Source: an uncultured Chloroflexia bacterium (lineage in GTDB: Bacteria; Chloroflexota; Anaerolineae; JAAYZQ01). Taken from it: a DNA stretch of 64,000 nt. The stretch lies in assembly GCA_963700285.1 (NCBI GenBank), contig CAVOXA010000010.1, forward strand, positions 288,001 through 352,000, read 5' to 3'. This document shows positions 1-10,047 of this stretch, piece after piece. Every line of letters starts with the position of its first letter. Position 1 is the first letter of the stretch. Position numbers and translations under genes: made by a program. The notes beneath the pieces are model-generated. The model ran no database searches and was not told where the DNA came from. It worked only from the letters and a program-made list of their open reading frames with translations.

Positions 1-961
1 CGGTGTCATCGGAATTGTCGGGGGGCTAGAGATCGTCCGCTGCCTCAATGAGCTAGGCATCCGCCTGCGACACCCGCTGGAGGTCGTAGATTTTCTGGCC
101 GAGGAGCCCACCGACTTTGGCGTGTCCACCGTGGGCAGTCGGGGGATGGTTGGCGCCCTGTCTCCAGAACTCTTGGCCAAGACGAATGAGCAAGGACGCC
201 CACTGTCCGAGGCGCTCGCCGAACTAGGGGGGCGCCCGGAGGAGGTTCCCGGTAAAGTGCGACATCGCGGCGACATCGCGGCCTATCTGGAAATGCACAT
301 CGAGCAGGGGCCAGTCCTGGATCAGGCGGGGATCCCCCTGGCTTCCGTGACCGGCATCGCCGGCATCCGGCGCTTTACCGTGACCATCGATGGCGAATCC
401 AACCACGCGGGCACTACGCCCATGGAGCTTCGCCGCGATGCGCTGGTGGCTGCGTCACGCTTTGTCATCGAGTCCGAGCTGGTATTCCGCTCAGAGGCGA
501 ACTCGGTGGGGACGATTGGCTATATACAGATCAGTCCCAACATGGCCAACGTTGTACCCGGGCAGGCAGAACTGATCGTAGAGATGCGGAGCATCGATCC
601 TCAGATCATTGACCGCATTGACGAGCGATTGCACCAGAAAGCGCAAGAGGTTGCTCAGGAACGGGGGATCTCTATCAGGATGAGCCCGCTGACGGATGCC
701 ACACCGGTGCAGGCCGATCCCAGGCTGATCGAAATCACCACGCAGGCCTGCCGCCAGACGGACCCACGGGCGCTCGTACTGCCCAGCGGCGCCGGCCACG
801 ATGCCACACAGATCGGCACCATCGCGCCCATCGGCATGATTTTTGTTCCGAGCCGCAACGGCATCAGCCACAATCCTGCAGAATGGACGGACATGGAGGA
901 TATCGCCCTGGGCGTCCAGGCCATGGCGCGGGCCCTGGTCCTCGCCGACGAGGCTTTCTAG
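1..961 (+). CDS. Zn-dependent M20 amidohydrolase (allantoate amidohydrolase / N-carbamoyl-L-amino-acid hydrolase family), 5' truncated by window edge
   Basis: Frame is open from position 2 (GVIGIVGGLE...FLAEEPTDFG). Motifs EE, YLEMHIEQG, NHAGTTPM, SGAGHDA, GISHNPAE. Confidence 0.9.
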   Translation, partial: GVIGIVGGLEIVRCLNELGIRLRHPLEVVDFLAEEPTDFGVSTVGSRGMVGALSPELLAKTNEQGRPLSEALAELGGRPEEVPGKVRHRGDIAAYLEMHIEQGPVLDQAGIPLASVTGIAGIRRFTVTIDGESNHAGTTPMELRRDALVAASRFVIESELVFRSEANSVGTIGYIQISPNMANVVPGQAELIVEMRSIDPQIIDRIDERLHQKAQEVAQERGISIRMSPLTDATPVQADPRLIEITTQACRQTDPRALVLPSGAGHDATQIGTIAPIGMIFVPSRNGISHNPAEWTDMEDIALGVQAMARALVLADEAF

Positions 962-986
962 AGCTGCGGAGCCCTGGCTTTGCATC

Positions 987-1038
987 CAGCCTTGCGAAGG
1001 CTCAACGAACGTGGTTCGCGCCTTCGCAAGGCTGTTTT
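987..1038. terminator. Hairpin between convergent genes (probable bidirectional terminator, REP-like arms)
   Basis: Perfect 15-bp inverted repeat CAGCCTTGCGAAGGC (987-1001) / GCCTTCGCAAGGCTG (1020-1034), inner CGAAC/GTTCG stem, followed by TTTT on the + strand. Confidence 0.7.
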
Positions 1039-2034
1039 CTATGGCAGGGTGATGGTCTCTTCTGTTTCGGCTGAACGGTAGATAGCCAGAACGACCTCCA
1101 AGGACTTTAGGCCGTCGTTGGCAGTTATGGCCGGTTCGCGGTCCTCCTGAATGGCCGCGACAAACTCCTCCGCCTGCCGGCAAAAGTTATAGTGCTGGCC
1201 TAGCCGGCTAGCAGAGGTCTGAGTTTCCAGCCGGGTCTGCAGGCTGTTGCTGCTCACCTCCACCGCTTCGCGGGTGACGCGCAGCATCCCCTCGGTGCCA
1301 AAGATCTCGGTCTCCCACACAGACGGTTGGGCCCAGTAGGCGGGCGCGTTGGCTGTGGATGTGGCTACGGCGCCGCTGGCAAAGGTCAGCAGGGCTACGG
1401 CTCCATCCTCTACCTCAGAGTCCGGATCCCAGCGACGAACCTGGGCCGTGACGGAGGTGACCTCACTGCCCACCAGCCAGCGCAGGCGATCTATGGCGTG
1501 GATGGCGGTGTACATCATCACCCCGCCGCCGGCAGCCTCTTTCTGGGCCACCCAGGCGGGCAGCTCCGGTTTGCGCGGGGCATTCATCACGCTGCGAACC
1601 ACCTGGGGGAGGCCCACGCGGCCCTCGTCCAGCCACTGCTTTGCGAACTGGGCCTCGTCGCGAAAGCGGTGAACAAAGCTCATGGTCAGTTTGACACCTG
1701 CTGCCTGGCATAACTCGACGATGCGCCGGCCATCGTCGATGGTAGTGGCGATGGGCTTTTCCATCAGCACGTGGACGCCCTGCTCGGTGGCGGCCTCTGT
1801 GGGTTCCACATGCATATTGTGCGGGAGCCCCACCACGAGGATATCCAGGTCAAGGTCCATCAGGCGCCGCCAATCGGCGACGGCAACTCCACCAAAGCGA
1901 TCCGCCAGCGCCCCGGCCCGTTCTACGACGATATCGGCTGTGCCGGCGATGGTGGCTCCCTCCGTCGCCGCAAAGGCAATTGCGTGGCGCTCGCCCACCT
2001 GGCCCGCGCCAATGATTCCTACGCGCAATGTCAT
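1039..2034 (-). CDS. Gfo/Idh/MocA family oxidoreductase
   Basis: GIIGAGQVG Rossmann motif, EKPIA, GGGVMMYTAIHAID. GGAGG RBS. Confidence 0.92.
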   Translation of the reverse strand: MTLRVGIIGAGQVGERHAIAFAATEGATIAGTADIVVERAGALADRFGGVAVADWRRLMDLDLDILVVGLPHNMHVEPTEAATEQGVHVLMEKPIATTIDDGRRIVELCQAAGVKLTMSFVHRFRDEAQFAKQWLDEGRVGLPQVVRSVMNAPRKPELPAWVAQKEAAGGGVMMYTAIHAIDRLRWLVGSEVTSVTAQVRRWDPDSEVEDGAVALLTFASGAVATSTANAPAYWAQPSVWETEIFGTEGMLRVTREAVEVSSNSLQTRLETQTSASRLGQHYNFCRQAEEFVAAIQEDREPAITANDGLKSLEVVLAIYRSAETEETITLP

Positions 2035-2080
2035 GATCTACCCTCCATGAAAACTCGACCCGTTGCAGGGTTCCAGGCCT

Positions 2081-2097
2081 CAGACCTCCGAGGTCTG
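2081..2097. repeat. REP-like palindrome CAGACCTC-C-GAGGTCTG
   Basis: Perfect 8-bp arms in an intergenic gap. A related unit occurs at 24702-24791. Confidence 0.55.
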
Positions 2098-2115
2098 GTT
2101 GTGCGATCCAGATGT

Positions 2116-3387
2116 TCAGGCGGCTGACGGCCTGAGTCTAACACCGAATTGCAGCACACCCAAGCTCAGGAAGAAAAGGAATGTGGCAGCGTAAAAGATA
2201 ACGACCAGCCCGAAGGCGTCGCCAATGGACGCCGCGGCGAGAGGCGCCACGGCCCCTACGAGGCTGCCGGGCAGGAAGAACAGAGCAAAGGCCAGCCCCC
2301 GTTGTTTTCCAGGCGACAGCTTGGCCATGATCGCGGCAGTGGCCGCCATACCCAGAAAAGTCAAGAAGCCATAGGTCAGGTACAGAACAACAAAGCCCAC
2401 ATTGTTGGGAATGAGGAAAGCCAAGGCATAGCACACGTAGGACAGCGACAGGATGAAGAGAAGCCACCTCTTCTCTCCGTACCGTACGGCAAAAAAGCCA
2501 CCCAACACGGCGCCGGCGATCCCCACCAGCGTGTTGAGCCCGATGAGCGTACTGGCCGTAGGTCCAGAGAACGCCCTGTCGTCGACCATGTACAGGGCCA
2601 TGAAAGACTGGCTCATCGAGGTGGCCATCGACTTTACGGCAATGTAAATCAGGAACATGATCATGCTGGGCGTGAGCAGCGAAGAGAACCCAGCCTTGGG
2701 TGTACCAGCGGCGGTGACTACCCCCACGTCATCTTTTGGCGCGGATCGGAGGAACAGCACAGATACGATACCCAGTAGAAGGGGCAAGGCCCAAAACAGG
2801 TACACCTGCCGCCAACCGAAGGCAAAGACCCCCATCAAGATGGTGATTGAAAGGGGGCCAAGGGCCACGCCCAAAGTCCCACCGGCTCCGTGAAAGCCCA
2901 ACGCCTTGAGCCTGGCCCTGGGTTCGAAAAGCCTGGTGACAAAACTATAGGCTGCGGGGTGGTACACCGTAGTGTTGATGTACACGAGGCTGACAGCGAC
3001 GATCAACACGACAGGGGTGAGGGCCTGACTGGCCAGAAGAGCACCCGCGGTGGCGATAGCGAGAGCAACTACGATCATCAGCCTGGAACCGAACCTATCA
3101 GACAGCAAACCCGTAGGGATAGACAGGAGCGCCTGGCAGAGAGCAGGAATGGCAGCGATGAGGCCCAGTTGCTGGAGCGATAGGCTGAATTCGACCTGAA
3201 GGACAGGGAATAGCGTCGTGTGGATGCGGGTAAACACGTGCGTGAGCATGTGCGTCATGGTCATGACGAGCAGCCCATAACTGAATATCGATCTGTTACC
3301 CGCTACGGCGTCGGCTGTCCTACCAACCCAACCACGCCCCGCCGTTGGGGCACTCCCTTGATCGTCGTCAACGACGCTCGGAGCCAT
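2116..3387 (-). CDS. MFS transporter
   Basis: ~12 hydrophobic segments and motif A GLLSDRFGSR. ATG at 3387 is well spaced from GGGAGGG. Confidence 0.9.
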   Translation of the reverse strand: MAPSVVDDDQGSAPTAGRGWVGRTADAVAGNRSIFSYGLLVMTMTHMLTHVFTRIHTTLFPVLQVEFSLSLQQLGLIAAIPALCQALLSIPTGLLSDRFGSRLMIVVALAIATAGALLASQALTPVVLIVAVSLVYINTTVYHPAAYSFVTRLFEPRARLKALGFHGAGGTLGVALGPLSITILMGVFAFGWRQVYLFWALPLLLGIVSVLFLRSAPKDDVGVVTAAGTPKAGFSSLLTPSMIMFLIYIAVKSMATSMSQSFMALYMVDDRAFSGPTASTLIGLNTLVGIAGAVLGGFFAVRYGEKRWLLFILSLSYVCYALAFLIPNNVGFVVLYLTYGFLTFLGMAATAAIMAKLSPGKQRGLAFALFFLPGSLVGAVAPLAAASIGDAFGLVVIFYAATFLFFLSLGVLQFGVRLRPSAA

Positions 3388-3466
3388 AGTCACCCTCCCT
3401 TAATCTGCCGCGTCCCAGGCCAACCCGGATGCCGGTCAGATTCGAGCACTGTTCTGTCGCCAGCAA

Positions 3467-4084
3467 TCAGTGCGGTCTTTTGATCTCCAACACATAGGGT
3501 CTGTGGGCTGCTGTGCTGTGGAATTCTTTCCAGAAACCCAGCGATTCCTCCGGGGTCAGCAGACGTGTCAGCTTCAAGTAGACGGGATCCGCGCCCGGAA
3601 AAACAAAGGTAGGCGCACCAAACACGTCCAGCCCTTCGGCCCGCGAATGGTCTTTGGCCAGGCGATGCAGACAGGTTGGATCGACGAGCGCCTGCTCAAA
3701 GGCGGCCATATCGAGGCCGACCTGCGCTGCTACCGCGCGCAGCATCTCGGGCTCGCCCAGCTTTTGGCCCCGCTGATGTCTTTCGCGCAGCAAGGCTAGA
3801 TGAAAGCGTCGGAAAGCCTCTTCGCCCTGGCGCCGCGCCGCCTCAGCAGCCCAGAAAGCGCGAAGAGCCATGGCATAGCTCGACTCTTCCCAATCCTCGC
3901 CGCTCAGAGGCTGTTCCCAGACCTTCCAGGTATCCCCATTCTCATGATTCACCTGGTGCAGCGAGAAGAAACACCAGTGGATATCGAGTTCACCCGGCAA
4001 CGCCTCGTCAACACTCAGGAGCCACTCCGTGGCCCGATAAACGTACGGTCACACATAATCATAGTAGACATCAAATTCAATCAT
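3467..4084 (-). CDS. DsbA/FrnE-like thioredoxin-fold selenoprotein (205 aa; Sec at codon 12)
   Basis: GGGAGGG RBS + ATG at 4084 reads MIEFDVYYDYV-TGA-PYVYRATEW, in frame with the 177-aa ORF. The TGA (4051-4049) sits at the D-x-x-C-P catalytic Cys. cis-Pro motif VFGAPTF near the C-terminus. Confidence 0.8.
4019..4035 (-). promoter_or_regulatory. Candidate bacterial SECIS hairpin
   Basis: GGGCCAC-GGA-GUGGCUC 7-bp stem (one G-U pair) with a G-initiated loop 20 nt after the UGA. Confidence 0.6.
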
Positions 4085-4169
4085 GCATCCCTCCCAATTC
4101 CAGATCCCTCAGTGACCCGATTTGCCCGCGTTGCGGGGCCCGGCCAGGTGAGAAGCCTTGGCGTCGTAC

Positions 4170-5547
4170 TCAAGACGTGCGGTCCGCAAACTCCTGGAAG
4201 ATCGTCGCCGCGAACTTGATGCCCTGCATGTAGCGGTCGACGGGCATGTTCTCATTGGGCGCGTGCAGGTTGTTGTCGGGAGCGCCAAAACCACTCAGCA
4301 CCGCCGGGTGCGGAATGTGGATCATGATGATGCCCTGGGTGCTGACACCGGCGACCATCGGCGGCTCGCCCCAGACGCGCTCGGCGGCGTGGATGATGGC
4401 CTGGCTGATGGCCTCGCGTACGGGCGTCTTGTACGGATTGGGACGCGCCGCGCGCACGACGATCTCGACGTCGTCAAAGCCGTGCTTTTCCAGGTGCGCT
4501 TCCAGCTTCTTGAGCTGATCCAGCGGCTCCAGGTTGGGCGGGCAGCGAAAGTCGAGCTTGGCCGAAGCCTGGGTGGGCACGATGGTCTTGCTGCCCTCGC
4601 CCGTGTAGCCGGCCACCAGGCCATTGATATTGCACGATGCGCCATAGTGGATGGCCTTCAACAACTCCAGGTCATCGTCGAAGGGAAAGTCGCGGGTCAG
4701 GCCAAACTGGCGGCGCAGTATCTTCACGGTCAAAGTGGGCTCAGTTCCTCGCGCAGGTAGTACATATCATCCTCATCAGGGGGCAGCAGGTCGTCGTACC
4801 AGCCTTCGATGAGGATGCGGCCATTCGGCGTCGAACATGCTGTTCGAGACAGTGTACCAGCCGCCAGGGCGCGCTTTTGGCCTGCATCAACTGGGCCCGC
4901 CCGCTCCAAAAGTCGATCTCGTGGGTCTTGACCCGCAGTTCGACGACCAGGATGGCCTTGATGCCCAGGTGGATCTCGGGCTTGTAGGAGGTGCGATGCA
5001 CGCCGCCATCCAGCCCAATGCTGGCGTCGCACTGGCACAGGTCCTGATTGTTCAGCACCCATTCTTCGAGGTGGGGGCTGCCCATCTCCTCTTCGCCCTC
5101 AAAGAGGTAGACCAGGTTCACCGGCAGAGCGCCACGGACCTCTTTGAAGGCCCGCGCTGGCCCGGACCAGGGCCAGCACGCCCGACTTGTCGTCCGTAGC
5201 GCCCCGGGCATAGATCACGCCGTCGCGGATGTTGGCCTCAAAGGGCGGCTCGATCCATTTCTCCAGGGGCTCTGGCGGCTGGACGTCATAGTGGCCGTAG
5301 CACAGCAGCGTACTGGCGTTGGGATCCGCCGGCTTTTTCGGTGGCGTACACCAGGTCCGGCCCGCCAGGAACCGGAATGCGGCGGACATTGGTCAATGCC
5401 GTTGTCCAGCATCTGCCGCTTCAGCAGCTCCGCGCATTCGTCCAGCCCGATGTTCTGGGCGCTGATGCTCGGTTGACGGAGCAATTCTTGAAGCTCCGCG
5501 ACCTCTTCGTCGCGATGCTCTTCGATCCAATCATAGATGTCCTGCAT
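4170..5547 (-). CDS. M20/M25/M40 metallo-hydrolase (dipeptidase-like), split by several apparent frameshifts
   Basis: Fragments carry [32 protein letters not shown] and LHAPNE. GGAGG RBS. Confidence 0.85.
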
Positions 5548-5559
5548 GGTTATCCTCCC

Positions 5560-6937
5560 TTATTGTTGGCCATAGTACCACATGATAGCGGCCGCGTACT
5601 TGATCCCTTTGATATAGTGCTCCAGATCAACGCTCTCGTTGGGCGCGTGCAGATTGCAGTCGGGTTGGGCAAAGCCGGTGAGCACAGTGGGCATCCACAC
5701 GTGCTTGAGGATGGTGCCCTCGGCGCTGACGCCGCTGACCACCGGCGCGTTGCCAAACACCAGTTCGGCGGCCTGTATGATCGCCTGGCTGATGTCCTCC
5801 TTGACGCTGATTTTGAAGGGTGGCTCGGGCGTACCGGTCAGGAAGATCAGCTCAATGTCGCCAAAGCCGCGATCGACCAGGTGCTTGCGCAGCCTCTCGA
5901 CCGCTTTGTCGGGGTCGATATGAGGGGGTAGGCGCAGGTCCAGCTTGGCCCGGGCCTCGTTGGGCACGATGGTCTTGCCGCCTTCACCCTGGTAGCCGCT
6001 GGTCAGCCCGGCAATGTTGCAGGTCGGCTCGTACGGACTTGGCCATGAGGGCCTCTACTCCCTCGCGGCCCAGAGCAAACTGGTCAATGCCCCAGCCCTC
6101 TTTCATCTTGTCCAGGTCCAGGCGGGCAGCATTGGCCTCTAGCAGCTCGATCTCTTCCTCGCCCAGTTCGATGACCTCGTCGTACCAACCATCGACAAGA
6201 ATGCGCCTGTTTCCATCCACCAGGCTGTTGAGGGCGCGGACCAGATCCCAGGCCGGCTGAGGCAGCAATGGAGCGTTCTTGCTGTGGATGTCGGCGTTGG
6301 CTCCCCGGGCGATAAGCTCGATGAACATCACGCTTTTGAGGCCCAAGCCCACCCGGGGTACTAGTTCGCTGGTATCCACGCCACCGTCGAGGCAGTGCAT
6401 GGCATCGGCCTGCACCAACTCGGGGTTGGCCTCGATATAGGGTCCCAGGTGGGGCGATCCGATCTCCTCTTCCCCCTCGGTGATAAACTTGACGCCCACG
6501 GGCGGCTCGCCCAGGGTCTGGCACCAGGCTTTTGCCGCCTTGACAAAGGCCAGTACGCCCGATTTGTTGTCCGTCGCCCCCCTGCCCCACAGGCGGCCAT
6601 CGGCCAACTGGGCACTGTAGGGCGGATAGGTCCAAGCATCCAGCGGTTCGGGCGGCTGAACGTCATAGTGGGCATAGGCCAGCAAAATCTTGGGCGAAAG
6701 ACTGCTGGGCACATGGCCAAAGACACAGGGAGGCCCGCCCGGAAGGGGATGCGCCTTGCCATCCAATCCGTCGGCGTGCATGATCTCTACCACCAAGCCA
6801 GCGCACTCCTCAAGCCCTATCTTCTGGGCGCTGACGCTGGGCTGCTGTACCAGTCGCTGGAGATCGGCCATCGCCTCATCACGGTGGGCGTCGATCCAGT
6901 CGAACGCTGCCTGGAGTCTCGAATCAAGCTTGGTCAC
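5560..6937 (-). CDS. M20 metallo-hydrolase (dipeptidase-like), one apparent frameshift near 6040
   Basis: YAHYDVQP, GATDNKSG, EGEEE, HCLDGG, LHAPNE. Confidence 0.88.
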
Positions 6938-6973
6938 AAGAGCTATCCTTTCTATCCCACGCAGGTCATCAGC

Positions 6974-8056
6974 CTACAGCCATACCTGCGGAATGCCGTG
7001 CTCCTGATAGAAGGCACGCATCTGTAGGCGCTGGCCGGTTCGGGCAGCCTCGATGCAAGCCCGGGTCAGGGCAAGTGTCTTGAGATGGTCTTTCCCACTG
7101 GTCTCCACGGACCGACCTGACAGCAACGCCTCGACGAACTCGGCCAGCAGGCCCCGGGTATCGTCAACAAAGTGCTCGACCGGCTCGAGTTTGACGGACA
7201 GCAGGGGCTCCGCTTCGTGCTTGAATCGTTCCCCGGTCATTGCCAACTCTGGCGAAAACCTGACTACATAAAGGTCATCGAACTGGGCCTTCTGGATCAG
7301 GACGCCGCCCGAGCAATCGGTACGCCAGCGGAAGTTGAACTCGTTCCAGGCCGCGGTCCAGGTGCCCAGGTAGTTGACACGCAAGCCGCCCTCAAAACAG
7401 AGCAGGGCCGAGACGTTGCTGTCATCCTGGTAGACACTCCAGGGCGGGTTCCAGGTATCAGCCTGGACCCAGACCACCTCACGATCGTAGCAGTAGCGCA
7501 TCAGATCCAGGTGGTGGATCGATTGCTCGAGCAGCATGGGCTGCTCCTGGGTCAGGCAATGGTCATTCAGATCGGCCCGCCTGCCGTCACGATGGCGAAG
7601 GTAGGTGAACTGGGCAAAGGAGGGTTCGCCCAACAGTCGCTGGCGGATCGCGCGCTTGATCGCCTGGTGAGCAGGCAGGTAGCGAAAATTCATGCCTACC
7701 ATCAACTGCAGGCCACGCCTCTCCGCCTCACCGACGAGGTCAAGCGCCTCGGCCAGGTCCTCGGCCAGCGGTTTCTCGGCGAGCACGTGCATGCCCCGGC
7801 GAAAAGCCAGCATGATCTGTTCGTGGTGGACCTCTGGCGGCGTGGCCAACACCATGGCATCTGGCGCTGTCGCGTCAAGAGCGACAGGCAGGCTGGTGAA
7901 ACAGGGAACCCCCTGAGGGTCAAAAAGGCCCTCCGTGTTGAGGTCTGGAAAACGGCGGTCGACGTAGGCGACAGTCTCCGCATCCGCTTCTTCGCGGATG
8001 ACCCGGGCCCATTGCCTGCCTCTGACGCCGACGCCTACCAGGACTATCCTGATCAC
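6974..8056 (-). CDS. Gfo/Idh/MocA family oxidoreductase
   Basis: GTG start after AAGGAG. LVGVGVRG, EKPLA, EQSIHHLD. Confidence 0.88.
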   Translation of the reverse strand: MIRIVLVGVGVRGRQWARVIREEADAETVAYVDRRFPDLNTEGLFDPQGVPCFTSLPVALDATAPDAMVLATPPEVHHEQIMLAFRRGMHVLAEKPLAEDLAEALDLVGEAERRGLQLMVGMNFRYLPAHQAIKRAIRQRLLGEPSFAQFTYLRHRDGRRADLNDHCLTQEQPMLLEQSIHHLDLMRYCYDREVVWVQADTWNPPWSVYQDDSNVSALLCFEGGLRVNYLGTWTAAWNEFNFRWRTDCSGGVLIQKAQFDDLYVVRFSPELAMTGERFKHEAEPLLSVKLEPVEHFVDDTRGLLAEFVEALLSGRSVETSGKDHLKTLALTRACIEAARTGQRLQMRAFYQEHGIPQVWL

Positions 8057-8066
8057 GCTTTTCTCC

Positions 8067-9062
8067 TTAGGTACCGGGCTCAAGTAACGTTGGATGCGCT
8101 CTGGCCCAGGCGAGATAGCTGGACAACCCTGCCCGCAGGTCATACCTGGGTACAAAGCCAAACTCAGCCGTGGCCCTGCCGATGTCCAATACACTGCGGT
8201 CGCCCTCATGGGCGACCTCTACGGCCGCCATCTGGCCTGGCAGCCGATGGCCGAAAACGAAATCTGGCTCCAGGCCGTGCAGGGTTTCCAACACCTCGCC
8301 CAGGGAGTAGGCCGCTCCAGAGGATACATTATAGACATTGTGCTCGAGTTCGGCTGCCAGAGCGAGATGCCGCCAGATCACACCCGCGTCCGCCGCGTGG
8401 GCATAACAGCGCCTATTGGCCTCTCCCCTGGCCTGGACGGGCTGCCGGTCCAGGCAGGCGCGTACCAGGGTATAGATCACAGAAGGGCGGGTCCGCGTTG
8501 CGGTAGCCCGTTCCATGGGGCCATAGATCGAGGACATCCTGCCACTCACGGTCGACAGACCAAAGAGGCTCTTGTACCGTTTCAGGATCTGCTCGCTTGC
8601 GAGTTTGCAGATGACGTACAAACCCTGGGCCTTGACAGGGCTCCGTTCAGTCACGATGGTGTCCCTGTTCTCTACAGGCGCATAGACCCCGGATGAACTC
8701 ATGAGCACAAAGCGGTCAGCCGACACGGTTCGTGCGACATCCAGCAGGCTGACAGTACCCATCAGGTTCACGTTTACAATACGCTGCGGGTTGGCGCGTT
8801 CCATCTCAGCAGTCGGTGTAATGGCGGCCCCATGGACAAGGCGCCGCACCTCGTACCTCTCGGCCATCTCCAGCACAGCGGCGGTGTCCAACACGTCAGC
8901 CGTGACGAACCGGACCCTGTCCTGCAGCCCGCCCAAAAACTGGCGGTATGCTGGGCTTGCCGGGAACAGGTCCAGGGCAATAACCGCCTCGCCCGCCTCG
9001 GCAAGGGCATAGACGACGTGAGCGCAGGCAAAGCCAGTGGCCCCAGTCACAAGTGTGGTCAT
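8067..9062 (-). CDS. NAD-dependent epimerase/dehydratase (extended SDR)
   Basis: VTGATGF, SSSGVY, YVICK (YxxxK), IYGP. Confidence 0.9.
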   Translation of the reverse strand: MTTLVTGATGFACAHVVYALAEAGEAVIALDLFPASPAYRQFLGGLQDRVRFVTADVLDTAAVLEMAERYEVRRLVHGAAITPTAEMERANPQRIVNVNLMGTVSLLDVARTVSADRFVLMSSSGVYAPVENRDTIVTERSPVKAQGLYVICKLASEQILKRYKSLFGLSTVSGRMSSIYGPMERATATRTRPSVIYTLVRACLDRQPVQARGEANRRCYAHAADAGVIWRHLALAAELEHNVYNVSSGAAYSLGEVLETLHGLEPDFVFGHRLPGQMAAVEVAHEGDRSVLDIGRATAEFGFVPRYDLRAGLSSYLAWARAHPTLLEPGT

Positions 9063-9940
9063 TTGCGCGGCCGGTATCCTCTGCTGGTGGGATAGGGTTC
9101 GATCAACTCGATGGTGACACCGGTCGAGTACTCGGGGTAGATGAAAGCCTCAAAGCCATCGGGGCGGTTGGTAAAGATCTTGTGCTCAAAGATGGGGACT
9201 CCCTGACCCGTGACGCGAACGACGGCATCCCGAATATCGGCTACCTCGATGCAAAGGTGCTCTAGGCCTTCGCCTTTTTCATCCAGGAACTGGCGAACGC
9301 GGGCGTTTTCCCCCCAGCTCTCGGTCATGTGCAGCCAGAGGCGGTCGTTCCCGGGCTCGATCATGACGTCCTTCTGCTCGCCATCGTGCTGGTCGGTGCG
9401 CAGCGCGCGGGCGCGCAGATCAAACAGGCGCTCAAAGCCAGTGGCCGCTGCTTCCAGGTCGCGGACGGCTACGCCGATGTGCTGCAGGCCCAATACCCCC
9501 GAGTCACTAGTCGGGACAGCCGGCTCCCAGATTCCGGGAGCCGGCTGGAGCAACTCCACTGTGACGCCATGGAGATAGTCGCCAGGCACGGCAAAGCGGC
9601 GCCCCAGAGGCGTATCGATCAGGGCCCCATCCGCGAGATCCACGCCCGCCTGCCGAACCCGCTCAAATTCAGCCTCAACGTCGTCCGTCAAAAAGGCAAC
9701 TCGTTCGAGGCCCGGCCCTCTTTTGTTCAAAAAGCTGGACAGCGCCGACCCTGGCTGCCAGCTCTCCATGGCGTAGAGCCAGCAGCCATTGGGAAAGGCG
9801 ATACGTGCTCCCTTGTCCATCCCCAGGAAGGGATCGGGGTCCATGCGCTCCCCAGACAGGCCCAATAGATCCCGGAATGCGTGCCGCGTACGGTCGACAT
9901 CCTCCACGACAAAGCCCACGTAAAGTAACTCAAGAATCAC
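9059..9940 (-). CDS. Two-domain VOC family protein (methylmalonyl-CoA epimerase-like)
   Basis: C-domain QHIGVAV, GEGLEHLC, IELIE. The N-domain is homologous but degenerate (LYVGF, GLERV). Confidence 0.82.
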   Translation of the reverse strand: MILELLYVGFVVEDVDRTRHAFRDLLGLSGERMDPDPFLGMDKGARIAFPNGCWLYAMESWQPGSALSSFLNKRGPGLERVAFLTDDVEAEFERVRQAGVDLADGALIDTPLGRRFAVPGDYLHGVTVELLQPAPGIWEPAVPTSDSGVLGLQHIGVAVRDLEAAATGFERLFDLRARALRTDQHDGEQKDVMIEPGNDRLWLHMTESWGENARVRQFLDEKGEGLEHLCIEVADIRDAVVRVTGQGVPIFEHKIFTNRPDGFEAFIYPEYSTGVTIELIEPYPTSRGYRPRK

Positions 9941-10047
9941 GAATCTTGTCCCTCCTTCTGCTCATTGTCAAAGCCCTGACAGGTATCTCTTCCAGCTTTG
10001 AAGCTCTGCGCCCAGATGGTATAGGATGGCGCAGTGGATCAAACCTG

